From Eledone cirrhosa (Eukaryota), in assembly GCA_964016885.1 (NCBI GenBank), contig OZ024740.1, forward strand, positions 127,348,001 through 127,412,000: a stretch of DNA of 64,000 nucleotides, given 5' to 3'. A program made the position numbers and the translations under genes. Shown piece by piece: positions 57,026-64,000 of this stretch. Below the pieces are notes generated by a model, which was not told where the DNA came from, did not search any database, and saw only the letters and a program-made list of their open reading frames with translations. Position 1 is the stretch's first letter. The number at the start of each line of letters is the position of its first letter.

Positions 57026-58889
57026 ATCACTTCTAAGTTCACTTTTTAAACGATCGCTCCTTGTTATGCCAGCTAGTTAACCATTCTTCGTTAAAAACAT
57101 CTATGCATAGGCAAAATTAACATATGCAATTATAAGTCCATATACATGCACGCAAAGAACATCTTATAAGTACAATACTATTATCTTTCGTATGAATAAG
57201 ATTCTTTGTTCTAAAGGTTAATTGTTGAATTTACTCCTCAAGATTGAAATGCAGAGACGCAGGTACTTTGTGATTCAATGGCTGACTAAATATGTATTAA
57301 TATATTGATTTATACTTTAATAATCCTGCGTTCTATGAACATTTAATAACAGTAATATAGTCTACAAATTCACTCGCCTCCGTTTTCATGATAAGCGAAA
57401 TCATTTATTATTTTTCTCTCTCTACTTCCACTTGATTTTCATATTTTTCTTGTCTCTTTCTTCCTCCTTCACATCTTTATTTCATTTTATTCTAAACCGA
57501 GCTACTATAATCAATTTGTGTTTTGATTATGTTCCTAGAGGATATCATTTAAATTATCTGTAAGTGAGAATATTGAGATGAGCACAAAGAGATATCTTTC
57601 GAATGTGTGCTGTTTCTGTGAGAGATGGATATATATTTTCAGCTATGGCTAGAAGGATTATAGTAATTGATTTCTCACTTCTGGGGTCATATACCACTTT
57701 CAAGTAGTCGACATTAAGTCTTTACATAGAAATTATGCAAAACTTAGTTATTTATTTCATTGAAATTTGTTTCATTTAGATCCGGATTCTTTACTTGTTC
57801 AAAGGTTTAATTACACTATATATTTACCGTTATGTAAAGGGTTCAGTGCATATATTCCGGTAATTACTATTGTTTTGATAATATTTCATGAAAAATGAAG
57901 TCGAATATTAAATCTTTTTCAATTATTCATGTAACGAAATTAGACGTTCTTCGTCATGCTGAATCCCTTATAAAAGATGTTCCGCTATCTCTTTGCTAGT
58001 AATTTAAAATCAAATAGATTTATTATGCGCAAGGATGCTTTAATGAACTCCAGATATTTAATATTTTAAAAGATCAATTCAACTGAGTTATCATTGATAA
58101 ACAATAGGTATCTGCAGCTCAAAATAAGAGAGCCAATATAAACACATATGTTAAAATATTATGTGTGGTTCAAAATATATATGTGGTTCAACAGCATATT
58201 GAATGTAAATAACTGATAGTTTTATTGTTATATGGTCAACCAAAATCATTTTAAGTTCACGAAATGTAGATGATATTGAAATTATAAATCCAGAATCAAG
58301 TCAGTTAGTCATAAAACATTTAAAGTGGAAAACGTGTCAAAACTGGAAACAAAATCGTTTGCAATAGTTGACTTTTTATTATGTTTTCAATAAGCATAAT
58401 TTCAACGATACTACTCAGTTCAGAACCCATTCTAAATAATAAGAGATTTCAATTCTTTTGCGTTTCTATATGTCCCATTCCAATGTGTCTATTATAAATT
58501 TAATATAACAACTGCTTAACAGCTAAACATTCAAGTTTAATCAGGTGCAGTAGCTTCTTTTATTTAAGGGTTGACAGTCGTGCTAGCATAACTTTGATGA
58601 ACAATAGATCTGCATTACATAGATTACTAATTACTATAAATTCACGTACTATTGTCATAGAATATGACACAATGGTTAGCTAATAATGTTTCACACACAT
58701 AAGAAAACCATGGGTTAGTGGCAGTTGTAACGCCTTTTATAAATGAACTACTCAATACTGTTATTCAAAAGCTGGGATAAGAGATTGTAGACCCTTATAT
58801 GCAAAGGCATGATCAAGTAGAGTGAGTTTCTACGGAATCAAAACTTGCCTTCAGCCTCCCGACACGTTTCATGCTGTCCAGCGAGTGGG

Positions 58890-59040
<151 letters not shown>

Positions 59041-59388
59041 ATACTAATTTAGATGAGTTGATAACACAACAGTATAAAGGAAAATAATATTTCAAAGCTC
59101 AAATGAGATGTTGTATTCTACATAAAGATACTTAAAATATAGTTAATAATGTAATCCAATCACAGTAGTTTTACCAAATCAGATACCATATGTATGTGTA
59201 AATATATAAAAATTAGCAGGATTAAATTGCATTAAATTATATAATTGATTGACAAACAATTCGAATAACAATAAACTTTGAAAAGATCTATACAGCATAA
59301 AAGTGTAGATCGAAACGTTCACCAATCAATTACATGATTCAATATAATTTGATCCTGGTTATTTCTATTAATTGTCATATATATATTC

Positions 59389-59444
<56 letters not shown>

Positions 59445-59924
59445 AACTAAACGTTTTATAAAAATTTACATATGTACAAGTATGCATGCAATTGAGGGAA
59501 TAATGTTCACATTATTAGTGCTTATACCATTAACTACTTTATATCGGATGAGATGTCAATGCAGAGTCAGGCCCCACTCATTACGTTCAAAGCCTGAGCT
59601 GATCGATATCGAAGATATGGGGTTAAAATGGTTCAAATCCTCATAACTGCGGATGGCAACATTTTCCGTTTTTAAGGATATCCACCCTATTTCATAAGCT
59701 ATCTACATAGTATTTCTACGCTTGAGCACTTTCTACGTACACATACACACAAACACGCACACATACACACACTTATACACACACGCGCGCACACACACAC
59801 ACATACACACTCAAACACACACACACATATATATATATATATTTATATTTATCTATATGTATAAAACTTTTGTTGCGTGTGTGTGATGTGTGTGTCCGTG
59901 TGTCCGTGTGTGTCCTCATTTTTG

Positions 59925-60290
59925 CAAAGTCTATACAAATCCACATTTCTACTCCGATTGACTTCAAACTTGCATTTATATATTCCTTGCGGTCTAAAGA
60001 TATTAACTGAAGATTTTATTTTTCAATTTTCTGTTTTTGAAGGGGTGTTAGGCGCCGGTTATCGATCTCCGTCGCGCCCTTATAATATGTATGTATGTCT
60101 GCCTGTCTGCATTCGGCATTATGACAAACATTGATGACATATTATGTTCGGTATTTTCTGTTCATTGCCAGGCAACGTATTCACGAAACAAAGTATCGTC
60201 TGCCTGTTTTCCTTCGGTTGCAACGTTTTTAGAAATACTAGCAAAAAAAACACCTTTCGTCTGGTTTTCTGCTTGCGTGTGTAGTGTGTA
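59925..60290 (+). mobile_element. Helitron 5' subterminal region
   Basis: shares blocks with 55653-56020 (ttcaaactt, gtcgcgcc..ataatat..gcctgtctgcatt, caaagtatcgtct). Confidence 0.6.
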
Positions 60291-60294
60291 TATT

Positions 60295-62580
60295 GATATT
60301 ACAGTACCAAGTGGGTAGGTACACAAGCAGTAACGAGGCCTTCTGGCGCATTTTCGGTTTGCCCTTGCATCAAAGGCACCCACCCATCTAACAACCTGCT
60401 GTTCACCTTGAAAGCGGTCAACGCGTACACTTCACTGATTCCACTGATGTCCATTGGTCGAGGAACCGAAGCACACTACCCTCACTGCCTTCTTTAAACT
60501 TTGTCAAGTCGATCCATTCGCCCAAACTTTGCTGTATCCACAAGTGCCGTCCTATTACATCTGGGAAAAAAAGAAATGGCAACGGAGGAAGAAGGGTCAA
60601 AACGTTGATGGATACTCTGCCGTTAAATTTGACAGTTGCCTCGGGAGAGTTTACACAGTTCATCCAAGCCAACAAGAGTGTTTCTACCTTCGTCTGCTAC
60701 TTCATGTGCATAGGGGACCAATGTCTTACCAACATTTGAAAACAGTCAACGGTCGGCTTTGCGCTACTTTCAGCGACGCCTGCTTAAGGCATGGACTGTT
60801 AGAAGACTGCGCACAGTGAGATGCTACGCTCGCGGAGGCTGCCGTTTCACAGCCGGCGAAAAGTGTCAGGGCTCTCTTTGCAGTGCTTCTTTGCAGTGCT
60901 TCTTTGCGAAGTCTTAGATCCCGTCTCTCTGTGGTTGAAGTATAGAGATACCCTGGCGGAAGACTTTTACCACCAAGCACAATTGCGGTATCCTAGCCTT
61001 AATGCAGCCAGTGACGACGTCTACAACTGTGCTTTGATTGACGTGGAAAACAGGACTGTTTCACTGGGTGGGAATACTTTACCAACGTACGGGCTGCCTA
61101 AATTAGTTCGGACAGGGATGGATAACCTTCCTACAAAACTCATTCGCGAAACAGCCTATGATGTTGAGGCTCTTGCCCAATACGTCTGTGAAACAGAGCC
61201 AAAACTCCGTCCGGGAGAACAGTGGACCTACAACACTATTTTCGACCATGTTCGAAACCGGAAAGGGGGAATCTTCTTCCTAGATGCACCTTGAGGGACA
61301 GGAAAAACGTTTCTAACTAAGCTTCTTCTACCCAAAGTGAGGTAGCACAAGAACATCGCGTTAGCCGTGGGTTCCTCTGGTATTGCTGCAACTTTGAAAC
61401 CCGGCGGTAGGACACCCCACTCAGCCTTTAAGCTCTCCCTGAACTTGGCGACATCCGAAACACCGTCCTGCAACATTAGCAAAACTTCGGACAAGGGATT
61501 GGTTCTCCGAAGGTGTCAGCTCATAGTGTGGGATGAATGTACCATGGCCCATAAAGAAACTCTGGAAGCACTAGACACTACTTTGCAAGACATCAGATAC
61601 TGCCAGACTGCGATGAGAGGTATCACGCTTCTCCTATCCGGCAACTTCTGACAGACCCTTCCCGTTATTCCCAAGGGAATCAGGGCAGATGAAGTCCTGG
61701 CGTACCTCAAGTCCTCTCCGCTGTGGCAAAAGGTAACAACGTTGACCCTGACAACTAACATGAGGGCCCAACTGCACGGCGACCAACTGGCAGCTGAGTT
61801 TGCTTCGGATATTTTGTCACTTGGCGATGGCAAGATCACCATCGGTGGAGATGGCGATTTGTCACTCAGTCCGATTTGTACCACTGTTAACACAGTCGAG
61901 GACCTCAAGGCTTAAGTGTTACCCAGTCTTCCTGATAACTACCAAGATGTGAATTGTTTATGCGAAAGAGCTATTTTAGCTCCAAAAAACAGCACAGTGA
62001 ACGCTATCAACGAGCAACTGTTGCAATTTCTTCCCGGAAGGCTGCATATTTACAAATCCGTCGATACAGTCCCCGACCAAGACCAAGCGGTAAACTACCA
62101 TGTTGAATTCCTCAATTCGCTAGAACCTCCTGCACTGCCTCCTCATAGACTGGGACTAAAAATTGGAACTCCAATAATGCTTCTTAGGAATTTGGACCCT
62201 ACAAAACTTTGCAACATCACACGCCTGGTTATAAAGAATGTAATGCGGCACGTCGCTGAAGCCACCATTATTTCAGGGTGTGGAAAAGGAGAGGATGTGT
62301 TCGTTCCCAGAATACCACTCATTCCACCAGGTCAAGATCTTCCGTTTACCTTCAGACGCCTTCAATTTCCGCTTCGCATAAGTTTTGCCATGTCTATCAA
62401 CAAGTCCCAGGGGCAGACATTTTCGGTGGCAGGACTTCACTTGGTAGATTCATGCTTCTCACATGGTCAACTATAAGTAGGCTGCTCCAGAGTGGGGAGC
62501 AAAGGAAGTTTTTTCGCGTACACTCCACGAGGGAAAACAAAGAAAATTGTCTACCAAGAGGTTTTACGCCAAAATGCCAT
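60295..62580 (+). pseudogene. Helitron Rep/Hel, PIF1-family helicase part, decayed; Rep domain absent
   Basis: GRY.SSNEAFWRIFG, ECFYLRLLL.V.RGP.S, DAP*GTGKTF, IVWDECTM, GNF*QTLPVI, RAILAP.N, MLLRNLDP..LCN.TRL, RRLQFPLRISFAMSINKSQGQT, FSHGQL. Confidence 0.95.
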
Positions 62581-63058
62581 GTGTGTTCAAACGGACTAAC
62601 TCAAGGTAAGGTTATATACTACTGCTCCTATACAATATCGAATTTACACCTTCATATTACCATCCTTCCTTCAATCAGGTATAAGTCACGAATTCGGAAA
62701 AAACCACAGGCAGAAGGAATGACCAGAAAGAGCTCGGATGAAACCTTCCACAATTTTCCCCTAAATGAAACGGCCACTGTTATATCCTCCACAGATTGAC
62801 ACGTGGTAAGCAATGTCAATGTTACTGCTGCTACATAGGACGCCCATTACCATCCGCAGTAGTCAGATTATTGAGGGAGAAACAGAAGGGTCTCGAATTT
62901 GCCGTCCAAAATCGCGATTGACATTAACGAAAACCGCTAACATCAACGCAGAATAATACATTGTAGGTCGCTTTAACCCGTCTTTTATTAATCAAAGCAC
63001 TTCTTGCCTATAAACATTAACCCTCTGTGCGCCATTCATCTAACTGTAGATCAACAAA

Positions 63059-63976
63059 TCTATATATCTAAAACAGAGAATGTTTGTATGTCTGTCTGTC
63101 CGATCACTAAAACTCGAGAACCACCCAACCGATTTCTTTCAAACTTTACACTTGTAATATTTATGGTCCTGTGAGTGTTGTGAGAAAAGAAAATTAAAAT
63201 TGTCAATGCCCTAGGGAACGCATTAGGCGATTTAGCGATATCTCTGCATAACTCTTAGTCTTTCTAGTTTTAGATAGATACAAAAATATAGTGTTGCACC
63301 CTTATAATATATGTCTGTATGCCTGGCTGTCTGCATTACGTCATTATCACGTAGTTGTGTGTGTGTGTGTGTGTATCACATATATATAGTGTGCGTATAT
63401 ATATATACATATATAGTGTGTAACGTTTTTCAAAATATTTACTTCTGCGTTCACAGATTGATTTTTATTTTAGTTTCAGAAGATCCCGTTAAGAGTGAAA
63501 GCAGCGATTCTTTGCTTAAACTTTAATCTGTTACGTTAATAACATTTACACCAAAAGACCAAAACAGAGGAGTATGAAAAGAAGGGGCTCAACAATATTT
63601 CTATGAACAATGCACGTAGACAGCTAAACTGTACTTTCAACTTTTTTTTTCAATTTCAACTTGAAGTTTCCTGTCGGTATATTTTCGTGAGTTTTTAACA
63701 GGCACTCACAAATAAACGTTTATGAATCTAGGTGCTATTACCAATGTTCTTACCCGTGCAACGCCCGGATACACTGCTAGTATATATATAATTATATATT
63801 CGTGTAGATATTTTTGCATACACAATAACAAAATATAAACAAACGTATTTATTTCGCGATAAAGTATTGAGTTTCTTCGCACAGAAAAAAACCCTGGTAA
63901 TCTTCGACGAATTATATATATCAAATATATAAGAACACTAGAGCAAATCCCGAGTAACGCCGGGCCATTATGCTAG
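63059..63976 (+). mobile_element. non-autonomous Helitron (same family as 55653-56443) with an extra internal 3' terminus
   Basis: a|TC start; hairpin + CTAG|t at 63753-63780 and again at 63949-63976. Confidence 0.82.
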
Positions 63977-64000
63977 TATATATATATATATAGGAGAGTG

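Overview
This is an AT-rich, microsatellite-saturated animal genomic window; the SINE and repeat content suggest an octopus or other cephalopod, which is an inference. No host gene, tRNA, rRNA or CRISPR array can be supported, and most predicted ORFs are artefacts of (TA)n/(CA)n/(GA)n tracts. The window is a transposon graveyard. It holds Penelope-like elements (one nearly intact Naiad-type RT+GIY-YIG ORF and several decayed ones), CR1-, RTE- and L1/Tx1-type LINE fragments, tRNA-derived SINEs, a decayed Helitron helicase and non-autonomous Helitrons. The main signal is non-coding: about 10 sequence-unrelated families of type I hammerhead ribozyme (HHR) folds, roughly 20 copies read by eye. Many have long stem II insertions, palindromic mini stem III and non-canonical core or closing pairs. 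They sit in Penelope pLTRs, in ORF-less tandem units of about 525-529 and 719 nt (retrozyme-like, candidate circRNA sources), in fold-back insertions within (TA)n, and in a cassette carried by Helitrons. All folds and coordinates were derived by eye and are approximate.
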